Assembly (NCBI GenBank): GCA_964057225.1
Contig: OZ059894.1
Coordinates: 21,700,001 to 21,764,000, forward strand
Reading direction: 5' to 3'
Length of the DNA stretch: 64,000 nucleotides
Origin: Auanema rhodensis
Lineage: Eukaryota > Animalia > Nematoda
How positions within the stretch are numbered: the stretch's first letter is position 1; every line of letters begins with the position of its first letter. The position numbers were made by a program, and so were the translations under genes. The notes below the pieces were generated by a model. It saw only the letters and a program-made list of their open reading frames with translations, was not told where the DNA came from and searched no databases. Below are positions 40,901 to 55,459 of the stretch, piece after piece.

Positions 40901-43900
40901 ATTCAACGAAAAAATTAATTCTTCAGGGTGAAAATCGAGGATATAAGTGTAAACTTATATCAGTTGATATCTCGGTGCATTTTTAAGCTAGCGCAAATCT
41001 GATAACACAGATCGACGCAGCTTAAAAATCCGCATCGAATGCACTATACTACATTGAGAAACGCTTAATACACAAATTAGTTATGATCGTTTGAAAAATG
41101 ATGCATTAGTGTATGTTGAGTTCCCATGTACACTCAACATTGCTTCCAAAAACATTTTGACAAAAATTTTTTCGAAAAATTTCAAAATAATTTAGCAAAA
41201 AGTAGATGTTTTTAGATTCCTTTTTTTAAGGCAAAGACGATGGACAATGTTATTCAACGAAAAAATTAATTCTTCAGGGTGAAAATCGAGGATATAAGTG
41301 TGAACTTATATCAGTTGATATCTCGGTGCATTTTTAAGCTAGCGCAAATCTGATAACACAGATCGACGCAGCTTAAAAATCCGCATCGAATGCACTATAC
41401 TACATCAAGAAACGCTTGATAGAAAAATTAGTTATGATCGTTTGAAAAATGATGCATTAGTGTATGTTGAGTTTCCATGTACACTCAACATTGCTTCCAA
41501 AAACATTTTGACAAAAATTTTTTCGAAAAATTTCAAAATAATTTAGCAAAAAGTAGATGTTTTTAGATTCCATTTTTCAAGGCAAAGACGATAGACAATG
41601 TTATTCAACGAAAAAATTAATTCTTCAGGGTGAAAATCGAGGATATAAGTGTGAACTTATATCAGTTGATATCTCGGTGCATTTTTAAGCTAGCGCAAAT
41701 CTGATAACACAGATCGACGCAGCTTAAAAATCCGCATCGAATGCACTATACATTATTGAGAAACGCTTAATACAAAAATTAGTTATGATCGTTTGAAAAA
41801 TGATGCATTAGTGTGTGTTGAGTTTCCATGTACACTCAACATTGCTTCCAAAAACATTTTGACAAAAATTTTTTCGAAAAATTTCAAAATATTTTAGCAA
41901 AAAGTAGATGTTTTTAGATTCCTGTTTCTAAGGCAAAGACGATGGACAATGTTATTCAACGAAAAAATTAATTCTTCAGGGTGAAAATCGAGGATATAAG
42001 TGTGAACTTATATCAGTTGATATCTCGGTGCATTTTTAAGCTAGCGCAAATCTGATAACACAGATCGACGCAGCTTAAAAATCCGCATCGAATGCACTAT
42101 ACTACATCAAGAAACGCTTGATACAAAAATTAGTTATGATCGTTTGAAAAATGATGCATTAGTGTATGTTGAGTTTCCATGTACACTCAACATTGCTTCC
42201 AAAAACATTTTGACAAAAATTTTTTCGAAAAATTTCAAAATAATTTAGCAAAAAGTAGATGTTTTTAGATTCCATTTTTCAAGGCAAAGACGATAGACAA
42301 TGTTATTCAACGAAAAAATAAATTCTTCAGGGTGAAAATCGAGGATATAAGTGTGAACTTATATCAGTTGATATCTCGGTGCATTTTTAAGCTAGCGCAA
42401 ATCTGATAACACAGATCGACGCAGCTTAAAAATCCGCATCGAATGCACTATACTACATTGAGAAACGCTTAATAAACAAATTAGTTATGATCGTTTGAAA
42501 AATGATGCATTAGTGTATGTTGAGTTTCCATGTACACTCAACATTGCTTCCAAAAACATTTTGACAAAAATTTTTTCGAAAAATTTCAAAATAATTTAGC
42601 AAAAAGTAGATGTTTTTAGATTCCTTTTTTTAAGGCAAAGACGATGGACAATGTTATTCAACGAAAAAATTAATTCTTCAGGGTGAAAATCGAGGATATA
42701 AGTGTGAACTTATATCAGTTGATATCTCGGTGCATTTTTAAGGTAGCGCAAATCTGATAACACAGATCGACGCAGCTTAAAAATCCGCATCGAATGCACT
42801 ATACTACATCAAGAAACGCTTGATACAAAAATTAGTTATGATCGTTTGAAAAATGATGCATTAGTGTATGTTGAGTTTCCATGTACACTCAACATTGCTT
42901 CCAAAAACATTTTGACAAAAATTTTTTCGAAAAATTTCAAAATAATTTAGCAAAAAGTAGATGTTTTTAGATTCCATTTTTCAAGGCAAAGACGATAGAC
43001 AATGTTATTCAACGAAAAAATAAATTCTTCAGGGTGAAAATCGAGGATATAAGTGTGAACTTATATCAGTTGATATCTCGGTGCATTTTTAAGCTAGCGC
43101 AAATCTGATAACACAGATCGACGCAGCTTAAAAATCCGCATCGAATGCACTATACTACATTGAGAAACGCTTAATAAACAAATTAGTTATGATCGTTTGA
43201 AAAATGATGCATTAGTGTATGTTGAGTTTCCATGTACACTCAACATTGCTTCCAAAAACATTTTGACAAAAATTTTTTCGAAAAATTTCAAAATAATTTA
43301 GCAAAAAGTAGATGTTTTTAGATTCCTTTTTTTAAGGCAAAGACGATGGACAATGTTATTCAACGAAAAAATTAATTCTTCAGGGTGAAAATCGAGGATA
43401 TAAGTGTAAACTTATATCAGTTGATATCTCGGTGCATTTTTAAGCTAGCGCAAATCTGATAACACAGATCGACGCAGCTTAAAAATCCGCATCGAATGCA
43501 CTATACTACATTGAGAAACGCTTAATACACAAATTAGTTATGATCGTTTGAAAAATGATGCATTAGTGTATGTTGAGTTTCCATGTACACTCAACATTGC
43601 TTCCAAAAACATTTTGACAAAAATTTTTTCGAAAAATTTCAAAATAATTTAGCAAAAAGTAGATGTTTTTAGATTCCTTTTTTTAAGGCAAAGACGATGG
43701 ACAATGTTATTCAACGAAAAAATTAATTCTTCAGGGTGAAAATCGAGGATATAAGTGTAAACTTATATCAGTTGATATCTCGGTGCATTTTTAAGCTAGC
43801 GCAAATCTGATAACACAGATCGACGCAGCTTAAAAATCCGCATCGAATGCACTATACTACATTGAGAAACGCTTAATACACAAATTAGTTATGATCGTTT

Positions 43901-44227
43901 GAAAAATGATGCATTAGTGTATGTTGAGTTTCCATGTACACTCAACATTGCTTCCAAAAACATTTTGACAAAAATTTTTTCGAAAAATTTCAAAATATTT
44001 TAGCAAAAAGTAGATGTTTTTAGATTCCTTTTTTTAAGGCAAAGACGATGGACAATGTTATTCAACGAAAAAATTAATTCTTCAGGGTGAAAATCGAGGA
44101 TATAAGTGTAAACTTATATCAGTTGATATCTCGGTGCATTTTTAAGCTAGCGCAAATCTGATAACACAGATCGACGCAGCTTAAAAATCCGCATCGAATG
44201 CACTATACTACATTGAGAAACGCTTAA
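37910..44227 (+). repeat. Nonamer (3159-bp) higher-order repeat X, 2 apparently identical copies
   Basis: GTTCCCATG at 37961 and 41120; TAGAAAAA at 38261 and 41420; AAGGTAGC, TAAACAAA and three consecutive GTGTAAAC monomers all recur at +3159. Confidence 0.9.
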
Positions 44228-47200
44228 TACACAAATTAGTTATGATCGTTTGAAAAATGATGCATTAGTGTATGTTGAGTTCCCATGTACACTCAACATT
44301 GCTTCCAAAAACATTTTGACAAAAATTTTTTCGAAAAATTTCAAAATAATTTAGCAAAAAGTAGATGTTTTTAGATTCCTTTTTTTAAGGCAAAGACGAT
44401 GGACAATGTTATTCAACGAAAAAATTAATTCTTCAGGGTGAAAATCGAGGATATAAGTGTGAACTTATATCAGTTGATATCTCGGTGCATTTTTAAGCTA
44501 GCGCAAATCTGATAACACAGATCGACGCAGCTTAAAAATCCGCATCGAATGCACTATACTACATCAAGAAACGCTTGATACAAAAATTAGTTATGATCGT
44601 TTGAAAAATGATGCATTAGTGTATGTTGAGTTTCCATGTACACTCAACATTGCTTCCAAAAACATTTTGACAAAAATTTTTTCGAAAAATTTCAAAATAA
44701 TTTAGCAAAAAGTAGATGTTTTTAGATTCCATTTTTCAAGGCAAAGACGATAGACAATGTTATTCAACGAAAAAATTAATTCTTCAGGGTGAAAATCGAG
44801 GATATAAGTGTGAACTTATATCAGTTGATATCTCGGTGCATTTTTAAGCTAGCGCAAATCTGATAACACAGATCGACGCAGCTTAAAAATCCGCATCGAA
44901 TGCACTATACATTATTGAGAAACGCTTAATACAAAAATTAGTTATGATCGTTTGAAAAATGATGCATTAGTGTGTGTTGAGTTTCCATGTACACTCAACA
45001 TTGCTTCCAAAAACATTTTGACAAAAATTTTTTCGAAAAATTTCAAAATATTTTAGCAAAAAGTAGATGTTTTTAGATTCCTGTTTCTAAGGCAAAGACG
45101 ATGGACAATGTTATTCAACGAAAAAATTAATTCTTCAGGGTGAAAATCGAGGATATAAGTGTGAACTTATATCAGTTGATATCTCGGTGCATTTTTAAGC
45201 TAGCGCAAATCTGATAACACAGATCGACGCAGCTTAAAAATCCGCATCGAATGCACTATACTACATCAAGAAACGCTTGATACAAAAATTAGTTATGATC
45301 GTTTGAAAAATGATGCATTAGTGTATGTTGAGTTTCCATGTACACTCAACATTGCTTCCAAAAACATTTTGACAAAAATTTTTTCGAAAAATTTCAAAAT
45401 AATTTAGCAAAAAGTAGATGTTTTTAGTTTCCATTTTTCAAGGCAAAGACGATAGACAATGTTATTCAACGAAAAAATTAATTCTTCAGGGTGAAAATCG
45501 AGGATATAAGTGTGAACTTATATCAGTTGATATCTCGGTGCATTTTTAAGCTAGCGCAAATCTGATAACACAGATCGACGCAGCTTAAAAATCCGCATCG
45601 AATGCACTATACTACATCAAGAAACGCTTGATACAAAAATTAGTTATGATCGTTTGAAAAATGATGCATTAGTGTATGTTGAGTTTCCATGTACACTCAA
45701 CATTGCTTCCAAAAACATTTTGACAAAAATTTTTTCGAAAAATTTCAAAATAATTTAGCAAAAAGTAGATGTTTTTAGATTCCATTTTTCAAGGCAAAGA
45801 CGATAGACAATGTTATTCAACGAAAAAATTAATTCTTCAGGGTGAAAATCGAGGATATAAGTGTGAACTTATATCAGTTGATATCTCGGTGCATTTTTAA
45901 GGTAGCGCAAATCTGATAACACAGATCGACGCAGCTTAAAAATCCGCATCGAATGCACTATACTACATCAAGAAACGCTTGATACAAAAATTAGTTATGA
46001 TCGTTTGAAAAATGATGCATTAGTGTATGTTGAGTTTCCATGTACACTCAACATTGCTTCCAAAAACATTTTGACAAAAATTTTTTCGAAAAATTTCAAA
46101 ATAATTTAGCAAAAAGTAGATGTTTTTAGATTCCTTTTTTTAAGGCAAAGACGATGGACAATGTTATTCAACGAAAAAATTAATTCTTCAGGGTGAAAAT
46201 CGAGGATATAAGTGTGAACTTATATCAGTATATATCTCGGTGCATTTTTAAGCTAGTGCAAATCTGATAACACAGATCGACGCAGCTTAAAAATCCGCAT
46301 CGAATGCACTATACTACATCAAGAAACGCTTGATACAAAAATTAGTTATGATCGTTTGAAAAATGATGCATTAGTGTATGTTGAGTTTCCATGTACACTC
46401 AACATTGCTTCCAAAAACATTTTGACAAAAATTTTTTCGAAAAATTTCAAAATAATTTAGCAAAAAGTAGATGTTTTTAGATTCCATTTTTCAAGGCAAA
46501 GACGATAGACAATGTTATTCAACGAAAAAATTAATTCTTCAGGGTGAAAATCGAGGATATAAGTGTGAACTTATATCAGTTGATATCTCGGTGCATTTTT
46601 AAGCTAGCGCAAATCTGATAACACAGATCGACGCAGCTTAAAAATCCGCATCGAATGCACTATACATTATTGAGAAACGCTTAATACAAAAATTAGTTAT
46701 GATCGTTTGAAAAATGATGCATTAGTGTGTGTTGAGTTTCCATGTACACTCAACATTGCTTCCAAAAACATTTTGACAAAAATTTTTTCGAAAAATTTCA
46801 AAATATTTTAGCAAAAAGTAGATGTTTTTAGATTCCTGTTTCTAAGGCAAAGACGATGGACAATGTTATTCAACGAAAAAATTAATTCTTCAGGGTGAAA
46901 ATCGAGGATATAAGTGTGAACTTATATCAGTTGATATCTCGGTGCATTTTTAAGCTAGCGCAAATCTGATAACACAGATCGACGCAGCTTAAAAATCCGC
47001 ATCGAATGCACTATACTACATCAAGAAACGCTTGATACAAAAATTAGTTATGATCGTTTGAAAAATGATGCATTAGTGTATGTTGAGTTTCCATGTACAC
47101 TCAACATTGCTTCCAAAAACATTTTGACAAAAATTTTTTCGAAAAATTTCAAAATAATTTAGCAAAAAGTAGATGTTTTTAGTTTCCATTTTTCAAGGCA

Positions 47201-50200
47201 AAGACGATAGACAATGTTATTCAACGAAAAAATTAATTCTTCAGGGTGAAAATCGAGGATATAAGTGTAAACTTATATCAGTTGATATCTCGGTGCATTT
47301 TTAAGCTAGCGCAAATCTGATAACACAGATCGACGCAGCTTAAAAATCCGCATCGAATGCACTATACTACATTGAGAAACGCTTAATACACAAATTAGTT
47401 ATGATCGTTTGAAAAATGATGCATTAGTGTATGTTGAGTTCCCATGTACACTCAACATTGCTTCCAAAAACATTTTGACAAAAATTTTTTCGAAAAATTT
47501 CAAAATAATTTAGCAAAAAGTAGATGTTTTTAGATTCCTTTTTTTAAGGCAAAGACGATGGACAATGTTATTCAACGAAAAAATTAATTCTTCAGGGTGA
47601 AAATCGAGGATATAAGTGTGAACTTATATCAGTTGATATCTCGGTGCATTTTTAAGCTAGCGCAAATCTGATAACACAGATCGACGCAGCTTAAAAATCC
47701 GCATCGAATGCACTATACTACATCAAGAAACGCTTGATACAAAAATTAGTTATGATCGTTTGAAAAATGATGCATTAGTGTATGTTGAGTTTCCATGTAC
47801 ACTCAACATTGCTTCCAAAAACATTTTGACAAAAATTTTTTCGAAAAATTTCAAAATAATTTAGCAAAAAGTAGATGTTTTTAGATTCCATTTTTCAAGG
47901 CAAAGACGATAGACAATGTTATTCAACGAAAAAATTAATTCTTCAGGGTGAAAATCGAGGATATAAGTGTGAACTTATATCAGTTGATATCTCGGTGCAT
48001 TTTTAAGCTAGCGCAAATCTGATAACACAGATCGACGCAGCTTAAAAATCCGCATCGAATGCACTATACATTATTGAGAAACGCTTAATACAAAAATTAG
48101 TTATGATCGTTTGAAAAATGATGCATTAGTGTGTGTTGAGTTTCCATGTACACTCAACATTGCTTCCAAAAACATTTTGACAAAAATTTTTTCGAAAAAT
48201 TTCAAAATATTTTAGCAAAAAGTAGATGTTTTTAGATTCCTGTTTCTAAGGCAAAGACGATGGACAATGTTATTCAACGAAAAAATTAATTCTTCAGGGT
48301 GAAAATCGAGGATATAAGTGTGAACTTATATCAGTTGATATCTCGGTGCATTTTTAAGCTAGCGCAAATCTGATAACACAGATCGACGCAGCTTAAAAAT
48401 CCGCATCGAATGCACTATACTACATCAAGAAACGCTTGATACAAAAATTAGTTATGATCGTTTGAAAAATGATGCATTAGTGTATGTTGAGTTTCCATGT
48501 ACACTCAACATTGCTTCCAAAAACATTTTGACAAAAATTTTTTCGAAAAATTTCAAAATAATTTAGCAAAAAGTAGATGTTTTTAGTTTCCATTTTTCAA
48601 GGCAAAGACGATAGACAATGTTATTCAACGAAAAAATTAATTCTTCAGGGTGAAAATCGAGGATATAAGTGTGAACTTATATCAGTTGATATCTCGGTGC
48701 ATTTTTAAGCTAGCGCAAATCTGATAACACAGATCGACGCAGCTTAAAAATCCGCATCGAATGCACTATACTACATCAAGAAACGCTTGATACAAAAATT
48801 AGTTATGATCGTTTGAAAAATGATGCATTAGTGTATGTTGAGTTTCCATGTACACTCAACATTGCTTCCAAAAACATTTTGACAAAAATTTTTTCGAAAA
48901 ATTTCAAAATAATTTAGCAAAAAGTAGATGTTTTTAGATTCCATTTTTCAAGGCAAAGACGATAGACAATGTTATTCAACGAAAAAATTAATTCTTCAGG
49001 GTGAAAATCGAGGATATAAGTGTGAACTTATATCAGTTGATATCTCGGTGCATTTTTAAGGTAGCGCAAATCTGATAACACAGATCGACGCAGCTTAAAA
49101 ATCCGCATCGAATGCACTATACTACATCAAGAAACGCTTGATACAAAAATTAGTTATGATCGTTTGAAAAATGATGCATTAGTGTATGTTGAGTTTCCAT
49201 GTACACTCAACATTGCTTCCAAAAACATTTTGACAAAAATTTTTTCGAAAAATTTCAAAATAATTTAGCAAAAAGTAGATGTTTTTAGATTCCTTTTTTT
49301 AAGGCAAAGACGATGGACAATGTTATTCAACGAAAAAATTAATTCTTCAGGGTGAAAATCGAGGATATAAGTGTGAACTTATATCAGTATATATCTCGGT
49401 GCATTTTTAAGCTAGTGCAAATCTGATAACACAGATCGACGCAGCTTAAAAATCCGCATCGAATGCACTATACTACATCAAGAAACGCTTGATACAAAAA
49501 TTAGTTATGATCGTTTGAAAAATGATGCATTAGTGTATGTTGAGTTTCCATGTACACTCAACATTGCTTCCAAAAACATTTTGACAAAAATTTTTTCGAA
49601 AAATTTCAAAATAATTTAGCAAAAAGTAGATGTTTTTAGATTCCATTTTTCAAGGCAAAGACGATAGACAATGTTATTCAACGAAAAAATTAATTCTTCA
49701 GGGTGAAAATCGAGGATATAAGTGTGAACTTATATCAGTTGATATCTCGGTGCATTTTTAAGCTAGCGCAAATCTGATAACACAGATCGACGCAGCTTAA
49801 AAATCCGCATCGAATGCACTATACATTATTGAGAAACGCTTAATACAAAAATTAGTTATGATCGTTTGAAAAATGATGCATTAGTGTGTGTTGAGTTTCC
49901 ATGTACACTCAACATTGCTTCCAAAAACATTTTGACAAAAATTTTTTCGAAAAATTTCAAAATATTTTAGCAAAAAGTAGATGTTTTTAGATTCCTGTTT
50001 CTAAGGCAAAGACGATGGACAATGTTATTCAACGAAAAAATTAATTCTTCAGGGTGAAAATCGAGGATATAAGTGTGAACTTATATCAGTTGATATCTCG
50101 GTGCATTTTTAAGCTAGCGCAAATCTGATAACACAGATCGACGCAGCTTAAAAATCCGCATCGAATGCACTATACTACATCAAGAAACGCTTGATACAAA

Positions 50201-50545
50201 AATTAGTTATGATCGTTTGAAAAATGATGCATTAGTGTATGTTGAGTTTCCATGTACACTCAACATTGCTTCCAAAAACATTTTGACAAAAATTTTTTCG
50301 AAAAATTTCAAAATAATTTAGCAAAAAGTAGATGTTTTTAGTTTCCATTTTTCAAGGCAAAGACGATAGACAATGTTATTCAACGAAAAAATTAATTCTT
50401 CAGGGTGAAAATCGAGGATATAAGTGTGAACTTATATCAGTTGATATCTCGGTGCATTTTTAAGCTAGCGCAAATCTGATAACACAGATCGACGCAGCTT
50501 AAAAATCCGCATCGAATGCACTATACTACATCAAGAAACGCTTGA
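44228..50545 (+). repeat. Nonamer (3159-bp) higher-order repeat Y, 2 copies (last monomer recombinant)
   Basis: GTTCCCATG at 44279 and 47438; the private CAGTATATATC + GCTAGTGCA monomer at ~46230 and ~49389; TAGTTTCC and AAGGTAGC recur at +3159. Confidence 0.88.
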
Positions 50546-53500
50546 TACAAAAATTAGTTATGATCGTTTGAAAAATGATGCATTAGTGTATGTTGAGTTT
50601 CCATGTACACTCAACATTGCTTCCAAAAACATTTTGACAAAAATTTTTTCGAAAAATTTCAAAATAATTTAGCAAAAAGTAGATGTTTTTAGATTCCATT
50701 TTTCAAGGCAAAGACGATAGACAATGTTATTCAACGAAAAAATTAATTCTTCAGGGTGAAAATCGAGGATATAAGTGTGAACTTATATCAGTTGATATCT
50801 CGGTGCATTTTTAAGGTAGCGCAAATCTGATAACACAGATCGACGCAGCTTAAAAATCCGCATCGAATGCACTATACTACATCAAGAAACGCTTGATACA
50901 AAAATTAGTTATGATCGTTTGAAAAATGATGCATTAGTGTATGTTGAGTTTCCATGTACACTCAACATTGCTTCCAAAAACATTTTGACAAAAATTTTTT
51001 CGAAAAATTTCAAAATAATTTAGCAAAAAGTAGATGTTTTTAGATTCCATTTTTCAAGGCAAAGACGATAGACAATGTTATTCAACGAAAAAATAAATTC
51101 TTCAGGGTGAAAATCGAGGATATAAGTGTGAACTTATATCAGTTGATATCTCGGTGCATTTTTACGCTAGCGCAAATCTGATAACACAGATCGACGCAGC
51201 TTAAAAATCCGCATCGAATGCACTATACTACATCAAGAAACGCTTGATACAAAAATTAGTTATGATCGTTTGAAAAATGATGCATTAGTGTATGTTGAGT
51301 TTCCATGTACACTCAACATTGCTTCCAAAAACATTTTGACAAAAATTTTTTCGAAAAATTTCAAAATAATTTAGCAAAAAGTAGATGTTTTTAGATTCCA
51401 TTTTTCAAGGCAAAGACGATAGACAATGTTATTCAACGAAAAAATAAATTCTTCAGGGTGAAAATCGAGGATATAAGTGTGAACTTATATCAGTTGATAT
51501 CTCGGTGCATTTTTAAGCTAGCGCAAATCTGATAACACAGATCGACGCAGCTTAAAAATCCGCATCGAATGCACTATACTACATCAAGAAACGCTTGATA
51601 CAAAAATTAGTTATGATCGTTTGAAAAATGATGCATTAGTGTATGTTGAGTTTCCATGTACACTCAACATTGCTTCCAAAAACATTTTGACAAAAATTTT
51701 TTCGAAAAATTTCAAAATAATTTAGCAAAAAGTAGATGTTTTTAGATTCCATTTTTCAAGGCAAAGACGATAGACAATGTTATTCAACGAAAAAATAAAT
51801 TCTTCAGGGTGAAAATCGAGGATATAAGTGTGAACTTATATCAGTTGATATCTCGGTGCATTTTTACGCTAGCGCAAATCTGATAACACAGATCGACGCA
51901 GCTTAAAAATCCGCATCGAATGCACTATACTACATTGAGAAACGCTTAATAAACAAATTAGTTATGATCGTTTGAAAAATGATGCATTAGTGTATGTTGA
52001 GTTTCCATGTACACTCAACATTGCTTCCAAAAACATTTTGACAAAAATTTTTTCGAAAAATTTCAAAATAATTTAGCAAAAAGTAGATGTTTTTAGATTC
52101 CATTTTTCAAGGCAAAGACGATAGACAATGTTATTCAACGAAAAAATAAATTCTTCAGGGTGAAAATCGAGGATATAAGTGTGAACTTATATCAGTTGAT
52201 ATCTCGGTGCATTTTTACGCTAGCGCAAATCTGATAACACAGATCGACGCAGCTTAAAAATCCGCATCGAATGCACTATACTACATTGAGAAACGCTTAA
52301 TAAACAAATTAGTTATGATCGTTTGAAAAATGATGCATTAGTGTATGTTGAGTTTCCATGTACACTCAACATTGCTTCCAAAAACATTTTGACAAAAATT
52401 TTTTCGAAAAATTTCAAAATAATTTAGCAAAAAGTAGATGTTTTTAGATTCCTTTTTTTAAGGCAAAGACGATGGACAATGTTATTCAACGAAAAAATTA
52501 ATTCTTCAGGGTGAAAATCGAGGATATAAGTGTAAACTTATATCAGTTGATATCTCGGTGCATTTTTAAGCTAGCGCAAATCTGATAACACAGATCGACG
52601 CAGCTTAAAAATCCGCATCGAATGCACTATACTACATTGAGAAACGCTTAATACACAAATTAGTTATGATCGTTTGAAAAATGATGCATTAGTGTATGTT
52701 GAGTTCCCATGTACACTCAACATTGCTTCCAAAAACATTTTGACAAAAATTTTTTCGAAAAATTTCAAAATAATTTAGCAAAAAGTAGATGTTTTTAGAT
52801 TCCATTTTTCAAGGCAAAGACGATAGACAATGTTATTCAACGAAAAAATTAATTCTTCAGGGTGAAAATCGAGGATATAAGTGTGAACTTGTATCAGTTG
52901 ATATCTCGGTGCATTTTTAAGTTAGCGCAAATCTGATAACACAGATCGACGCAGCTTAAAAATCCGCATCGAATGCACTATACTACATTGAGAAACGCTT
53001 AATACAAAAATTAGTTATGATCGTTTGAAAAATGATGCATTAGTGTATGTTGAGTTTCCATGTACACTCAACATTGCTTCCAAAAACATTTTGACAAAAA
53101 TTTTTTCGAAAAATTTCAGAATAATTTAGCAAAAAGTAGATGTTTTTAGATTCCTTTTTTCAAGGCAAAGACGATGGACAATGTTATTCAACGAAAAAAT
53201 TAATTCTTCAGGGTGAAAATCGAGGATATAAGTGTGAACTTATATCAGTTGATATCTCGGTGCATTTTTAAGCTAGCGCAAATCTGATAACACAGATCGA
53301 CGCAGCTTAAAAATCCGCATCGAATGCACTATACTACATTGAGAAACGCTTGATACAAAAATTAGTTATGATCGTTTGAAAAATGATGCATTAGTGTATG
53401 TTGAGTTTCCATGTACACTCAACATTGCTTCCAAAAACATTTTGACAAAAATTTTTTCGAAAAATTTCAAAATAATTTAGCAAAAAGTAGATGTTTTTAG

Positions 53501-55459
53501 ATTCCATTTTTCAAGGCAAAGACGATGGACAATGTTATTCAACGAAAAAATTAATTCTTCAGGGTGAAAATCGAGGATATAAGTGTAAACTTATATCAGT
53601 TGATATCTCGGTGCATTTTTAAGCTAGCGCAAATCTGATAACACAGATCGACGCAGCTTAAAAATCCGAATCGAATGCACTATACTACATTGAGAAACGC
53701 TTAATACAAAAATTAGTTATGATCGTTTGAAAAATGATGCATTAGTGTATGTTGAGTTTCCATGTACACTCAACATTGCTTCCAAAAACATTTTGACAAA
53801 AATTTTTTCAAAAAATTTCAGAATAATTCAGCAAAAAGTAGATGTTTTTAGATTCCTTTTTCCAAGGCAAAGACGATGGACAATGTTATTCAACGAAAAA
53901 ATTAATTCTTCAGGGTGAAAATCGAGGATATAAGTGTGAACTTATATCAGTTGATATCTCGGTGCATTTTTAAGCTAGCGCAAATCTGATAACACAGATC
54001 GACGCAGCTTAAAAATCCGCATTGAATGCACTATACTACATTGAGAAACGCTTAATACACAAATTAGTTATGATCGTTTGAAAAATGATGCATTAGTGTG
54101 TGTTGAGTTTCCATGTACACTCAACATTGCTTCCAAAAACATTTTGACAAAAATTTTTTCGAAAAATTTCAAAATAATTTAGCAAAAAGTAGATGTTTTT
54201 AGATTCCATTTTTTAAGGCAAAGACGATGGACAATGTTATTCAACGAAAAAATTAATTCTTCAGGGTGAAAATCGAGGATATAAGTGTAAACTTATATCA
54301 GTTGATATCTCGGTGCATTTTTAAGCTAGCGCAAATCTGATAACACAGATCGACGCAGCTTAAAAATCCGCATCGAATGCACTATACTACATTGAGAAAC
54401 GCTTAATACACAAATTAGTTATGATCGTTTGAAAAATGATGCATTAGTGTGTGTTGAGTTTCCATGTACACTCAACATTGCTTCCAAAAACATTTTGACA
54501 AAAATTTTTTCGAAAAATTTCAAAATAATTCAGCAAAAAGTAGATGTTTTTAGATTCCTTTTTTCAAGGCAAAGACGATGGACAATGTTATTCAACGAAA
54601 AAATTGATTCTTCAGGGTGAAAATCGAGGATATTTGTGTGAACTTATATCAGTTGATATCTCGGTGCATTTTTAAGCTAGCGCAAATCTGATAACACAGA
54701 TCGACGCAGCTTAAAAATCCGCATCGAATGCACTATACTACATTGAGAAACGCTTAATACACAAATTAGTTATGATCGTTTGAAAAATGATGCATTAGTG
54801 TGTGTTGAGTTTCCATGTACACTCAACATTGCTTCCAAAAACATTTTGACAAAAATTTTTTCGAAAAATTTCAAAATAATTCAGCAAAAAGTAGATGTTT
54901 TTAGATTCCTTTTTTCAAGGCAAAGACGATGGACAATGTTATTCAACGAAAAAATTGATTCTTCAGGGTGAAAATCGAGGATATTTGTGTGAACTTATAT
55001 CAGTTGATATCTCGGTGCATTTTTAAGCTAGCGCAAATCTGATAACACAGATCGACGCAGCTTAAAAATCCGCAACGAATGCACTATACTACATTGAGAA
55101 ACGCTTAATACAAAAATTAGTTATGATCGTTTGAAAAATGATGCATTAGTGTATGTTGAGTTTCCATGTACACTCAACATTGCTTCCAAAAACATTTTGA
55201 CAAAAATTTTTTCGAAAAATTTCAAAATAATTTAGCAAAAAGTAGATGTTTTTAGATTCCTTTTTTCAAGGCAAAGACGATGGACAATGTTATTCAACGA
55301 AAAAATTAATTCTTCAGGGTGAAAATCGAGGATATAAGTGTGAACTTATATCAGTTGATATCTCGGTGCATTTTTAAGCTAGCGCAAATCTGATAACACA
55401 GATCGACGCAGCTTAAAAATCCGCATCGAATGCACTATACTACATTGAGAAACGCTTAA

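Larger units (their letters stand above)
11233..53002 (+). repeat. Central sub-array (layers B and C), defined by the linked CCATTTTTC...GATAGAC haplotype
   Basis: GATAGAC (monomer position 174 G>A) is first seen at ~11403 and last at ~52822. It is frequent in between and I did not see it outside this block. Confidence 0.8.
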
